From Gemmatimonas sp. (lineage in GTDB: Bacteria; Gemmatimonadota; Gemmatimonadetes; Gemmatimonadales; Gemmatimonadaceae), in assembly GCA_965279375.1 (NCBI GenBank), contig OZ257156.1:1888001-1952000 (forward strand): a stretch of DNA of 64,000 nucleotides. Direction: 5' to 3'. Positions within the stretch are counted from its first letter, which is position 1. The number at the start of each line of letters is the position of its first letter. The translations under genes were made by a program, and so were the position numbers. This document shows positions 55,085 through 64,000 of the stretch, in pieces. The notes beneath the pieces were generated by a model that saw nothing but the letters and a program-made list of their open reading frames with translations, was not told the DNA's origin and searched no databases.

Positions 55085-56059
55085 ATGCGACGTACTACCG
55101 AACGGGTGCTGCTCTCTGTGCTGCCAACGTCGGCTTGGCTGCTCTGTTCTGCCTGTGGTGCGCGCGAGGTGCCCGACCGAGCGGTGGGTACGCTCGAGAT
55201 GGTCGAACTAGACATCGGACCGTTGCAGCCCGCCCGTGCGCTTCGTGTGCTGGTGCGCGAAGGCGACGCGGTGCAGGCGGGGGACACGCTGGCGGTGTTC
55301 GTGGTGCCCAATCTCGCCGCGACGGAGCAGCAGGCCGACGCGCGTGTCGTGGCAGCACAGCAGTCCGCGCGCGAACTGTCGAGCGGTGCACGAGCGCCGG
55401 AGCTGGCGCGGGCGGAAGCGGAGCTGCGCGCCGCGGAGTCAGACGCCACGCGCGCCGCTGTGGACCTGTCTCGCATCGAGCCGTTGGCCGCAAACGGTGA
55501 CGTGAGTAAGGCGACGCTGGACGCCGCAGTCGCAACGGCGCGCTCCACTGCGGCTCGGCGCGATGCAGCACGGGCCAACGCGGCGCTGGTCCGCGAAGGC
55601 GCGAGAGTCGAGCGCCGGCAAGTGGCGGCCGCCGACGTGCGCGGCGCGCAGGCAGCGAGTGCGGCGCTTCGGGCCACGGCCAACGATCTCGTGCTGCTGG
55701 CACCAACGGCCGGTGTGGTGGTCAGTCGCAACGCCGAACCGGGTGAAGTTCTGGCGGCCGGGCAGAGCGCGATCACGCTCGCGCAGCCGGACCGTCCGTG
55801 GGCCCGTATCTACGTCTCGCAGTTCGCGCTGCAGGGCATCAAGGTCGGCGACACACTGTCGGCCACGCTCGATCGCGACTCCACCGTCTTTCGCGGTCGC
55901 GTGGTGGCCGTGGCGAGCAAGGCCGAGTTCACACCGCGTGTCGCGCTCACCGATCAGGAGCGCGAGGATCTGCTCTTTGGGGTGAAGCTCGAGTTCGTTG
56001 GTGCTGACAGCCGATTGAAGGCGGGGCTGCCGATCACGGTGATGCTGCCACGCAAGTGA
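55085..56059 (+). CDS. HlyD-family membrane fusion/adaptor lipoprotein
   Basis: Lipobox-like CSAC, VREGD.VQAGD, long coiled coil, AEFTPR, GLP.TV. Confidence 0.85.
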   Translation: MRRTTERVLLSVLPTSAWLLCSACGAREVPDRAVGTLEMVELDIGPLQPARALRVLVREGDAVQAGDTLAVFVVPNLAATEQQADARVVAAQQSARELSSGARAPELARAEAELRAAESDATRAAVDLSRIEPLAANGDVSKATLDAAVATARSTAARRDAARANAALVREGARVERRQVAAADVRGAQAASAALRATANDLVLLAPTAGVVVSRNAEPGEVLAAGQSAITLAQPDRPWARIYVSQFALQGIKVGDTLSATLDRDSTVFRGRVVAVASKAEFTPRVALTDQEREDLLFGVKLEFVGADSRLKAGLPITVMLPRK

Positions 56060-56817
56060 TGGCAAGAGTGATGTCGCCGCCGGTGGTGCACACCGTTGCG
56101 CTGCGCAAAGAGTTCGGCGCGTTGGTGGCAGTAGACGGTCTCGACCTCGACATCGAGCGCGGCGAAGTCTTTGGATTGCTCGGCCCCAACGGCTCGGGCA
56201 AGACGACCTGCATTCGCATGCTGTGCGGGCTGGTCGAGCCAACGAGTGGCATGGCGACGGTGGCCGGATTCGACGTGCATACGCAAACGGAGCAGGTGCG
56301 ACGACGCATCGGCTACATGTCGCAGCGATACGGCTTGTACGACGAGCTGACTGTCGCCGAGAACCTGCGGTTTTATGCGTCGGTGTACGGGCTGGTGGGC
56401 GCGGAGCGCGATGCGCGTCTCAAGGAGCACGTTGCGGACCTCGGCTTGGGCGAGCGTCTCGGGCAGGTAGCCGGAACGCTGAGCGGTGGCTGGAAGCAGC
56501 GGCTCGCGTTGGCGTGCGCCACGGCGCATCGCCCAGATCTGGTGTTTCTCGATGAGCCGACGGCGGGCGTCGATCCCGCTGCGCGGCGCACGTTCTGGGA
56601 AACGATTTACGCGTTGGCCAAACGCGGCACCACGATTCTGGTGACGACGCACTACATGGACGAGGCGGAACGATGTCAGCGGCTCGCGTTTCTTTCACGC
56701 GGCCATCTCATCGCGCTCGGAACACCCGTCGAGATCGTGCAGCAGTTTGGCGCGACGAGTGTGGAGGACGTCTTCATCCAGCTGCAACAGCGCGATGAGG
56801 CGGCGGCGCGCGCATGA
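56056..56817 (+). CDS. ABC-2 exporter ATP-binding protein
   Basis: GPNGSGKT, LSGGWKQR, FLDEPT, TTHYMDEA. Confidence 0.95.
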   Translation: MMARVMSPPVVHTVALRKEFGALVAVDGLDLDIERGEVFGLLGPNGSGKTTCIRMLCGLVEPTSGMATVAGFDVHTQTEQVRRRIGYMSQRYGLYDELTVAENLRFYASVYGLVGAERDARLKEHVADLGLGERLGQVAGTLSGGWKQRLALACATAHRPDLVFLDEPTAGVDPAARRTFWETIYALAKRGTTILVTTHYMDEAERCQRLAFLSRGHLIALGTPVEIVQQFGATSVEDVFIQLQQRDEAAARA

Positions 56818-57986
56818 ACGCGTCGCGCGTTGACGCGCCGAACGATCGCTCTGCAACGGGGCTGATGCAGCGGCTGCGCTTGTGGACCGTCTGGCCGATG
56901 CTCTGGAAAGAGTTCATCACGCTCAGACGCGATCGACTGACGTTTGCGCTGATGACCGGATTGCCAGCGATCCAGCTGCTGCTGTTTGGTTACGCGATCC
57001 AGACTGATGTACGACGACTGCCAACGGTCGTGCTCGACGAGTCGCGCACGGCCGAGAGTCGTGCGCTGATACAGGTGGTCCAGAACACCGACAACTTTCG
57101 CATCATCGCATCGGTGAACGATCGTGCAAGCGCGAAACGGTGGATCGAACGCGGGGCCGCGCGCGTGGCCCTGGTCATCCCACCCGACTATCAGCGCGAT
57201 ATCAAGCGAGGGCGTACCGGAGAGGCGCAGCTGCTGATCGATGCGGCCGACCCGCAGTCTTCTGGTGCGGCGATTGCTGGCGCCCAGCTCGCCGCTCAGG
57301 CGCGTGGTGCGCAGCTGCTTGCCACACGCACCGCGCTGGCCGTGCCGGTGACCATTCGCGTGCGCCCGTGGTACAACGCGTCGCAGAAGAGCGCGACGTT
57401 CATCGTGCCGGGAATCGTCGGAATTCTGCTGACCATCACGATGACACTGATCACGAGCACCGCGATCGTGCGTGAACGCGAGCGCGGCACACTCGAACAG
57501 CTGATCGTCACGCCGATCGGCAAGACCTCACTCATGCTCGGCAAGCTCGTGCCGTTCATTCTGGTGGGCTATGTGCAGATGTCTGTCGTGCTGGCGCTCG
57601 GCCGCATCTTCTTTCAGATCCCGATCGAAGGCAGCCTCGTTCTGTTGTATTCACTGGCGATGGTGTTCATCATCGCCAGTCTCGGGGTGGGGCTGCTGAT
57701 CTCCACCGTCGCGCGCAGTCAGGTGCAGGCGATGCAGCTGAGCTTCTTCTTCATGCTGCCCAACATTCTGCTGTCGGGCTACATCTTTCCGCGTGCGGCG
57801 ATGCCGGTGCCGGCGCAGTACATGGGCGCGTTGTTGCCGCTCACGTGGTTTCTCGAAATCCTGCGCGGTGTGCTGCTCAAGGGCGTCGGTATCGGTGACC
57901 TCTGGGCGGAGCTTGGTGCACTGATGCTCTTCGCGGTGCTGCTGCTGGCCTTCAGCGTGCGACGGTTCAGCAAGACGTTGGATTGA
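56814..57986 (+). CDS. ABC-2 exporter permease (YbhR/S-like)
   Basis: KEF....RD, QLLLFGYA, RERERGTLEQL.VTP, multiple TM helices. Confidence 0.93.
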   Translation: MNASRVDAPNDRSATGLMQRLRLWTVWPMLWKEFITLRRDRLTFALMTGLPAIQLLLFGYAIQTDVRRLPTVVLDESRTAESRALIQVVQNTDNFRIIASVNDRASAKRWIERGAARVALVIPPDYQRDIKRGRTGEAQLLIDAADPQSSGAAIAGAQLAAQARGAQLLATRTALAVPVTIRVRPWYNASQKSATFIVPGIVGILLTITMTLITSTAIVRERERGTLEQLIVTPIGKTSLMLGKLVPFILVGYVQMSVVLALGRIFFQIPIEGSLVLLYSLAMVFIIASLGVGLLISTVARSQVQAMQLSFFFMLPNILLSGYIFPRAAMPVPAQYMGALLPLTWFLEILRGVLLKGVGIGDLWAELGALMLFAVLLLAFSVRRFSKTLD

Positions 57987-57990
57987 GAAT

Positions 57991-59082
57991 TCAGGGTGCG
58001 ACCAGCTCCGCGCTGAGCTCGGGGTAGTCCGTATAGCCCTTCGCACCCGGTGTGTAGAACGTGGTCATGTCCGGCGTATTCATCGGTGCATCGCTCTCCA
58101 TGCGCGCGACGAAATCCGGGTTGGCGATGACGGGCCGGCCGAACGCGACCAGGTCGGCCTCTCGGTTTGCCAATAGCGCTTCGGCTGATCCGTGATTGAG
58201 GCCTCCCGACGCGATGAACACACCGCCGAACGCGGCGCGCAACGCGTGCGTGAAGGGAACGGGAACCGTCGGCGCTCCCATCGAGGAGTGATCCACGAGA
58301 TGCAAGTACGACAGCCCCATCGCGCCGAGTGACGCGGCGAGTGCCATGTATTGCGCTTCCATGTCGGTGAAGGCGCCGGTCGCGTTGAAGACGCCAAATG
58401 GAGATAGACGAATGCCGACACGGTCCCCGCCGATGGCCGCCACCGTCGCGCGCGCCACTTCGAGCGCAAAGCGATTGCGGTGCTCGATCGAACCGCCGTA
58501 CCCGTCGCTCCGTGTGTTCACATTCGCGTTGAGAAACTGCTCGATCAAATAACCGTTCGCGGCATGCAGCTCGATGCCATCAAACCCCGCCTCCCTGGCG
58601 GACTTGGCGGCGTGAACGAACTCGGCGACAACCACAGCGATCTCGTCTTCCGAAAGGGCATGCGGAACGGTCGCGGGCTGGAGTCCGGCGGTGTCCGTGT
58701 AGATCGGATCCGGCAGCGGCGTGGCCGTGGGGCCGACCACGCGCGCACCGGCGGGCAGGTTGTCTACATGTGAAGCACGGCCGCAGTGCATGAACTGCAC
58801 GAAGATCGCGCCACCCTTGGCGTGTACCGCATCGGTCGTCAGGCGCCATGCCGCGATCTGGTCGGCGCTGTAGAGGCCGGGGATGCGCGCGTAGCCCAAG
58901 CCATCGGCGGAGGGCGAGGTGCCTTCGGTGATGATCAGCCCCATGGAGGCGCGCTGGGCGTAATACTCGGCCATCAGCGCGTTGGGGGTATGGTCGGCGT
59001 TTGCGCGATTGCGGGTCATGGGGGCCATGACGACACGATTGCGCAACGTGATTCCATGCAGGTCGAACGGCTCGAACAACAT
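57991..59082 (-). CDS. nemA: Alkene reductase, Old Yellow Enzyme (NemA-like)
   Basis: NRVVMAPMTR.RA, GFDGIELHAANGYL..QF, N.R.D.YGGS, FY...A.GYTDYP. Confidence 0.92.
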   Translation of the reverse strand: MLFEPFDLHGITLRNRVVMAPMTRNRANADHTPNALMAEYYAQRASMGLIITEGTSPSADGLGYARIPGLYSADQIAAWRLTTDAVHAKGGAIFVQFMHCGRASHVDNLPAGARVVGPTATPLPDPIYTDTAGLQPATVPHALSEDEIAVVVAEFVHAAKSAREAGFDGIELHAANGYLIEQFLNANVNTRSDGYGGSIEHRNRFALEVARATVAAIGGDRVGIRLSPFGVFNATGAFTDMEAQYMALAASLGAMGLSYLHLVDHSSMGAPTVPVPFTHALRAAFGGVFIASGGLNHGSAEALLANREADLVAFGRPVIANPDFVARMESDAPMNTPDMTTFYTPGAKGYTDYPELSAELVAP

Positions 59083-59216
59083 TGACGGACACTCCGGACG
59101 GATGAGATGACTCCACCGGCGGAGTCCGCCGAATGGCGGGAGTCCACGTGCTGCACAGCGGATACCTGCAGCTGTGCAAGTCGCGATCCGCAGCCGATGT
59201 GATAGCCGGTCGCGCG

Positions 59217-59276
59217 ATGCAAGGCGCTATGCAAGGCGCTATGCAAGGCGCGATGCAAGGCGCTATGCAGAGCGCG
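59217..59276. repeat. 12-bp tandem repeat ATGCAAGGCGC(T/G) x4 plus one degenerate unit
   Basis: Units start at 59217, 59229, 59241, 59253 and (degenerate) 59265. Confidence 0.9.
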
Positions 59277-59303
59277 TCTCGCACGGCAGCGCGCCGACCG
59301 CGT

Positions 59304-60623
59304 ATGTTCAGCCGTATGCGGTCATCGACGAAGCGCCCGCAGGGTGCGCGGGCAGCGGTCGGTTGGCCGCTGCTCATCTGTATCTCTTCATTGTGGCTCT
59401 TGCTGCTGGCGATGGGTTGCCAGACGGAGCGGGCGGTTACCGCGCCGGAAACCGCCGTCGCGATCAGCCTGAGCCCCCTGTCGTCCACCATTCCCACCGG
59501 CGGCGCGGTGCAGCTCAATGCGTACGCGGTCGACAAGGCCGGTGCGCGTGTCTCCTCATCGCCGCTAACCTACCGTAGCAGCGACACGTCCATTGCGGTG
59601 GTGTCCGCTTCGGGATTGGTCACGGGCCGGCGACCCGGTTCCGTGCGCGTGTCGGCGGCGTCCGACGCAGGGCTCGACGCCTCGGTGTCGGTGTTCGTTA
59701 CGGCGGTACCGGCGCCGATCCGTGTGCGTCTCGGCGGTCCCGATGTGCAGGCAACGCGTACCGGCCCGGTGTATCTGCTGCATGGCAGTGGCCCGCCGGT
59801 GCCAGCTGCATTCACGGCGGCGGCGAGACAGCTGGGCGGAGCCCGCATCGACGTGGTGGTGCTTGCGGCGTCGCTTCCCACCAGCGGGAGTACGACGCCG
59901 GAGTGCGATGCCATCATGGATGTAGCGCTGGTGAACTCGTGCGAGACCATCACGATCAGCGATCGCACCGGCGCGGATGATCCGCTGGTACGGTTAGCCA
60001 TCGATGCGGCTGAGCTGGTGTACTTCGCCGGCGGCGACCAATGCCGCTACATGGCCTGGGCGGGCAGCGCATTGATCGTTGGCGTGCGAAACGTGGTTGC
60101 CCGTGGCGGCGCCGTCGGCGGCGGCAGCGCCGGCCTGGCCATTCAGGGAGAGTTTGTCCATGACGGGTGCAACGGCAGCCCGACGTCGGCGACCGCACTG
60201 CGCGATCCGTTCTCCGCCTCGATCGGACTGACTGGCGGTCTCTTTGCCTGGGCGCCGCTCGCCGGCGTCATCACCGATTCGCACTTCGTCGCACGCGATC
60301 GCATGGGTCGGCTGATGTCCTTCGTCTCTCGGATCGCCGCCGAGCGCTCGCTGGCCACCGTGTGGGGGCTGGGTGTGGAAGAGGGGGCGGCCGTGGTCAT
60401 CGATCGTGCTGGCGACGCGACGGTTTTTGGCGGGCCGGCCTATGTCGTTCGCTCGGCGACGAGCGCGGTGGCGAAGCCCGGACAGCCGTTGGACGCGATC
60501 GGCTTTCGCGTGAGTCGCTTCGCTCCCGGTGACCACTGGTCGTTCGAGGCGCGGTCGCTCACCGGGTTCTGGTCACGCGACGTGAAGCGGGGGCTCCTCG
60601 ACGGGAATGCGTATTCGCCGTAA
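59304..60623 (+). CDS. Lipoprotein: bacterial Ig-like (Big_2) domain + cyanophycinase-like peptidase S51 domain
   Basis: LLLLAMGC lipobox; SSD.SIA.VS.SGLVTG...G (Ig); FAGGDQ, GGSAG, DSHF..RDRMGRL, GVEE. Start uncertain (59304/59316; ORF open from 59133). Confidence 0.78.
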   Translation: MFSRMRSSTKRPQGARAAVGWPLLICISSLWLLLLAMGCQTERAVTAPETAVAISLSPLSSTIPTGGAVQLNAYAVDKAGARVSSSPLTYRSSDTSIAVVSASGLVTGRRPGSVRVSAASDAGLDASVSVFVTAVPAPIRVRLGGPDVQATRTGPVYLLHGSGPPVPAAFTAAARQLGGARIDVVVLAASLPTSGSTTPECDAIMDVALVNSCETITISDRTGADDPLVRLAIDAAELVYFAGGDQCRYMAWAGSALIVGVRNVVARGGAVGGGSAGLAIQGEFVHDGCNGSPTSATALRDPFSASIGLTGGLFAWAPLAGVITDSHFVARDRMGRLMSFVSRIAAERSLATVWGLGVEEGAAVVIDRAGDATVFGGPAYVVRSATSAVAKPGQPLDAIGFRVSRFAPGDHWSFEARSLTGFWSRDVKRGLLDGNAYSP

Positions 60624-60661
60624 GGCGCATTCGTGAAGTTCGGCGAGGTCGTCTTTGGTGA

Positions 60662-60723
60662 CCGGTTACGCCGTTCGCTGTTCGGTAACCGGCTGAACCG
60701 GATGGAGCGAACGGCGTCACCGG
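60662..60723. repeat. 18-bp inverted repeat (1 mismatch) upstream of msrP
   Basis: CCGGTTACGCCGTTCGCT (60662-60679) / AGCGAACGGCGTCACCGG (60706-60723). Confidence 0.75.
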
Positions 60724-60805
60724 ATGCATCCCAGCACCGAACCATCCGGCGTTCTCGGACGTATACTCAATGCCGTGCCTTGGCCCGACCCTCACCCGCC
60801 AGACC

Positions 60806-61723
60806 ATGCTCATTCGCCGTCCCGACGACATTCCGTCCTCGCAGATCACGCCGGAGTCCGTGTACCTGAACCGGCGCTCCTTCATGGGTGCCGCCGGCAC
60901 GCTCGCCCTCGGTGCTGCGCTGACGCCGAGCGCCTTGCAGGCGCTCTCGGCGACCGGCATGGGGCAGCAGCTCAAGGTGACAGACGAAGAAGACGCCACC
61001 AGCTACAACAACTACTACGAGTTCGGCACTGGTAAGGAGGAGCCGAAGGAGCAGGCGGCCAACTTCCGGACCAAGCCGTGGACGGTGGCGATCGAAGGGC
61101 TGGTGAAGGCGCCCAAGACGTTCGCGCTCGACGATCTGCTCAAGGGGCTGCCTCTGCAGGACAAGATCTATCGCCACCGCTGCGTGGAAGCGTGGTCGAT
61201 GGTCATTCCGTGGCAGGGTGTTCAGCTCAAGGACATCATCGCCAAGTGCGAGCCGCTGCCCAGCGCCAAGTTCATCGAGATGACGACGCTGCTGGACCCG
61301 AGCCGGATGCCGGGGCAGACGCGCGGAGTGCTGCCGTGGCCGTACAAGGAAGCGATCCGGCTGGACGAGGCGATGAACCCGCTCGCGATGCTGGCGACGG
61401 GCATGTATGGCAAGTCGCTGCCGCCGCAGAATGGCGCGCCGCTTCGCCTCGTGGTTCCGTGGAAGTACGGCTTCAAGGGCGTCAAGTCGATCGTCAAGAT
61501 CCGCTTCACCGACAAGCAGCCCAACACCACGTGGAATGACGTCCGCGCGAGCGAGTACGGCTTCTACGCCAACGTCAATCCGACCGTAGACCACCCGCGC
61601 TGGAGCCAGGCCAAGGAGCGCCCCATCGGCGCGTTCCTCAAGCAGCCGACGCTGATGTTCAACGGCTATGCCGAACAGGTGGCGTCCCTCTACACGGGCA
61701 TGGACCTGAGGAAGTTCTATTGA
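60806..61723 (+). CDS. msrP: Protein-methionine-sulfoxide reductase catalytic subunit MsrP (YedY)
   Basis: ITPESVY.NRR.F Tat motif, YNNYYEFG..K, YR.RCVEAWSMVIPW, QNGAP.RLVVPWKYGFK, EYGFYANVNP.VDHPRWSQA.ER. Confidence 0.96.
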   Translation: MLIRRPDDIPSSQITPESVYLNRRSFMGAAGTLALGAALTPSALQALSATGMGQQLKVTDEEDATSYNNYYEFGTGKEEPKEQAANFRTKPWTVAIEGLVKAPKTFALDDLLKGLPLQDKIYRHRCVEAWSMVIPWQGVQLKDIIAKCEPLPSAKFIEMTTLLDPSRMPGQTRGVLPWPYKEAIRLDEAMNPLAMLATGMYGKSLPPQNGAPLRLVVPWKYGFKGVKSIVKIRFTDKQPNTTWNDVRASEYGFYANVNPTVDHPRWSQAKERPIGAFLKQPTLMFNGYAEQVASLYTGMDLRKFY

Positions 61724-62385
61724 CGTGGGCGGCTGTCGACGGGTGGCTCCAGCCGAAGCTCAAGCCAGCTGAGCCGCTCGTCCGCCGGTGGATTCACCCG
61801 GCGATGTGGGCGCTGGTGACGGTGCCGGTGGTGGCGATGATCGCGATGTACCCGCTGGGCATGCTGGGCGCGAACCCGATCCGGGAGCTGGAGCACTTCT
61901 CGGGCGAGTGGGCGCTGCGTCTGTTGGCCTGCTCGCTCGCCGTCACGCCGTTGATCAAGCTGACGCGCTGGGGCTTCCTCATTCCAGAACGCAGGTTTCT
62001 CGGGCTGGCGACGTTCTACTGGGCCGCGCTGCATCTGAGCATCTACATCGGGCTGGACATGTTCTTCGACGTGAGTGACATCGTCGAGGATGTCCTCAAG
62101 CACCTGTACATCACCGTCGGGATGCTGTCGTTCCTGCTGATGGTGCCGCTGGCCATCACCTCCACCAAGGGGTGGATCAAGCGGTTGGGCGGCAAGAAGT
62201 GGAATGCGTTGCACCGCTTGGTCTATGTCTCGGCCGTGGCGGGATGCGTGCATTACATCTGGGGAGTCAAGAAAGACGTCGAGGAGCCGATCATGTATGC
62301 ATCGGTATTCGTCGTGCTCTTCGCTTTTCGCCTCCTCTGGAAACGGGGCAGCACGGGAACGCGGGCCACCGCCCGCCCTGCGTAG
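61720..62385 (+). CDS. msrQ: Heme-binding membrane subunit MsrQ (YedZ)
   Basis: LGANP...L.H..G.WAL, RR.LGL..F..A.LH, PLAITS, W..LHRLVY; overlaps the msrP stop. Confidence 0.93.
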   Translation: MTWAAVDGWLQPKLKPAEPLVRRWIHPAMWALVTVPVVAMIAMYPLGMLGANPIRELEHFSGEWALRLLACSLAVTPLIKLTRWGFLIPERRFLGLATFYWAALHLSIYIGLDMFFDVSDIVEDVLKHLYITVGMLSFLLMVPLAITSTKGWIKRLGGKKWNALHRLVYVSAVAGCVHYIWGVKKDVEEPIMYASVFVVLFAFRLLWKRGSTGTRATARPA

Positions 62386-62412
62386 GGCCGATCGTCCCCT
62401 TTCCCCGGTCCC

Positions 62413-64000
62413 ATGCCCCAACCCGTCGACGTGAGCGTTCGTCGTTCGGGCCACAATCCGACCTTGGGTGCCGGACTCTCCGCGGTTGGGGGACCGGTCG
62501 TTCCGATCCATCGCCTCCTGCGACCTCGCGAGCAGGCGCTGCTCATCGGCTTGGTCGGATATGCGGCCCTGATGGCAGCGTGGCTCGCCACAGGTGCTCA
62601 GATCGGGGCAACCGCAGCCAGCTTTCGACTGCTGGCCGTTCAGGCGATCACGATCGCAGCGGTAGTGCTGGCGCTGCGCATTTCGCAGGAACGCGCGCTC
62701 GACCACGGGGCCCGTCGGTTCTGGACGGCGATCGGTGTGTCGCAAGCGTTCGCGCTGGTCTTCTCGCTGGCAGATCACGTGGCGCTCGCAGGACGTGGGC
62801 CGGTGGCGGCCGCGGCGCCGCTGCTCGTGCACGGTGTGCTGCTCTACGGAGTGTTGCAGCTGCCAAGTGCCCCGCGCACCTCACTCGACCGGGTGAAGCT
62901 CGCGCTTGATTGCGCCACGGTCGCGGTTGGCGGGCTGCTCGTTCTCTGGTTTGACTACTTCGCCGTCCTCGCGCCCTCGGCGAGTGGATTGGCGCTGCCG
63001 TTCGTCATGGCGCATGTGGAGGCGCTGGCCGAACTCGTCTTGATTCTCGTGGCGTCGCAGGTATGGCGTCGCACCGCGCTGCAGCATCGCGCGAATGTCG
63101 TCGTGATCATCGCCGTGGCGCTGCTGGTGCACTTCCTGTCGCATGTCGCGACCGTTGTGGAATTGACGCGCGGACATCAGCTGCACGACTGGAGCGCGCT
63201 CGGCACGCCGATCAGCACGGGTCTGCTCGTCGCCGCGGCGATGATCAAGCTGTGGACCATGTCGCAACGTCAGGTTCGTCCGAGCGCGCTGGCCGCAGAG
63301 CGTACGGAAAGCACCAGTCTGATTCCGTATGCCGCGGTGCTCCCCGGCTTCTGCCTGCTGCTCAAGGCGGCGACCGAGCATGGCGCGCAACCGCTGCTCG
63401 GATTGGCAATCGGCTCGGTGGTGTTGGCGGCGCTTGCGTTTGCGCGACAGGCGGCCTCCACGCGCGAGACGATTCGCGTGATGACCGAATCGACGGCACG
63501 CATCAGCGAAGCGCGCTTCAGCGCGCTGGTGCAGCACTCGAGCGATGTCATCACGATTCTCGATCCCGACGGCACGATTCGCTACGCGAGTCCGTCGATG
63601 GCTGCCGTGCTCGGACACGATCCGGCGCGACTGGCGAATACGTCCATCGTGGCGCTGCTGCACCCTGAAGATGCGCCGGGCGCTCTGCAGTTTCTGGCGG
63701 AGCTCGCGCGCAGCACGCGTGCGCGCACGGGTCCGCGCGCAGGATTCGGCACGGGCACGCTCAAGCGCGAGTGGCGTTTGGCACACGCCAACGGTGATTG
63801 GATGACCATGGACAACGTGGGCACCAATCTGCTCGCCGAGCCGGTCATCAATGGCCTGGTGCTCAATACGCGCGACGTGACCGAGCAGAGCGTCATCAAG
63901 GCGCAGTACATGCACCAGGCGTTCCACGATCCGCTCACCGATCTCGCGAATCGCTCGCTGTTCCTGTATCAGGTGGGGCATGCACTCGCGCGGGCGTCGC
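62413..64000 (+). CDS. Membrane sensor-PAS-GGDEF(-EAL?) protein, truncated by window edge
   Basis: Not in the ORF track; open frame from ATG 62413 with many TM segments, PAS (RFSALVQHSSDVI..LD.DG.IRY.SPS...LHPED...RDVT) and AFHDPLTDLANR at the GGDEF entry. Confidence 0.85.
   Translation, partial: MPQPVDVSVRRSGHNPTLGAGLSAVGGPVVPIHRLLRPREQALLIGLVGYAALMAAWLATGAQIGATAASFRLLAVQAITIAAVVLALRISQERALDHGARRFWTAIGVSQAFALVFSLADHVALAGRGPVAAAAPLLVHGVLLYGVLQLPSAPRTSLDRVKLALDCATVAVGGLLVLWFDYFAVLAPSASGLALPFVMAHVEALAELVLILVASQVWRRTALQHRANVVVIIAVALLVHFLSHVATVVELTRGHQLHDWSALGTPISTGLLVAAAMIKLWTMSQRQVRPSALAAERTESTSLIPYAAVLPGFCLLLKAATEHGAQPLLGLAIGSVVLAALAFARQAASTRETIRVMTESTARISEARFSALVQHSSDVITILDPDGTIRYASPSMAAVLGHDPARLANTSIVALLHPEDAPGALQFLAELARSTRARTGPRAGFGTGTLKREWRLAHANGDWMTMDNVGTNLLAEPVINGLVLNTRDVTEQSVIKAQYMHQAFHDPLTDLANRSLFLYQVGHALARAS

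Noticed and set aside
54985..55776. Long N-terminal extension of the 414-aa SufE ORF
   Set aside because: It is antisense to the HlyD gene; SufE homology starts at MPDPS (54984).
59217..59276. Possible CRISPR array
   Set aside because: 12-bp head-to-tail units, no spacers, no cas genes.

Overview
High-GC bacterial chromosome window. It is probably Gemmatimonadota (Gemmatimonas-like), an inference from composition and protein style that I have not verified by search. Positions 1-46067 form a motility super-locus: fliE(partial)-flgC-flgB plus a sigma54 enhancer-binding response regulator; flgL-fliW; a ~29 kb glycan-modification island (4464-33806) wedged between fliW and a very short, Ser/Thr-rich flagellin; fliC-fliD-fliS-fliT/flgN-like; flgM; and a chemotaxis cluster (cheY, cheZ-like, cheA, cheW, cheR, cheD, cheY-like, cheX-like, cheB) with no receptor gene. 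The intergenic DNA reveals a readable regulatory hierarchy. A shared palindrome CGGCA-N5-TGCCG, an IHF-like box and a sigma54 -24/-12 element sit in front of flgB and in front of all four internal operons of the glycan island. A sigma28-like motif (TAAA-N16-[G/A/C]CCGATA) precedes flgL, fliS, flgM and cheA, with a weaker copy at fliC. The fliC leader carries CsrA-type GGA sites. The island has mirror-image paralog pairs and several apparently degenerate methyltransferase domains. Positions 46080-64000 hold housekeeping and accessory genes: a sensorless histidine kinase, alkA, TIGR01777, SPFH, a DHDPS-family/epimerase pair, an acyltransferase, CDGSH, sufE, an HlyD/ABC-2 exporter, an Old Yellow Enzyme, an Ig-cyanophycinase-like lipoprotein, msrPQ and a truncated PAS-GGDEF gene. 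I saw no tRNA, rRNA, CRISPR array or transposase.
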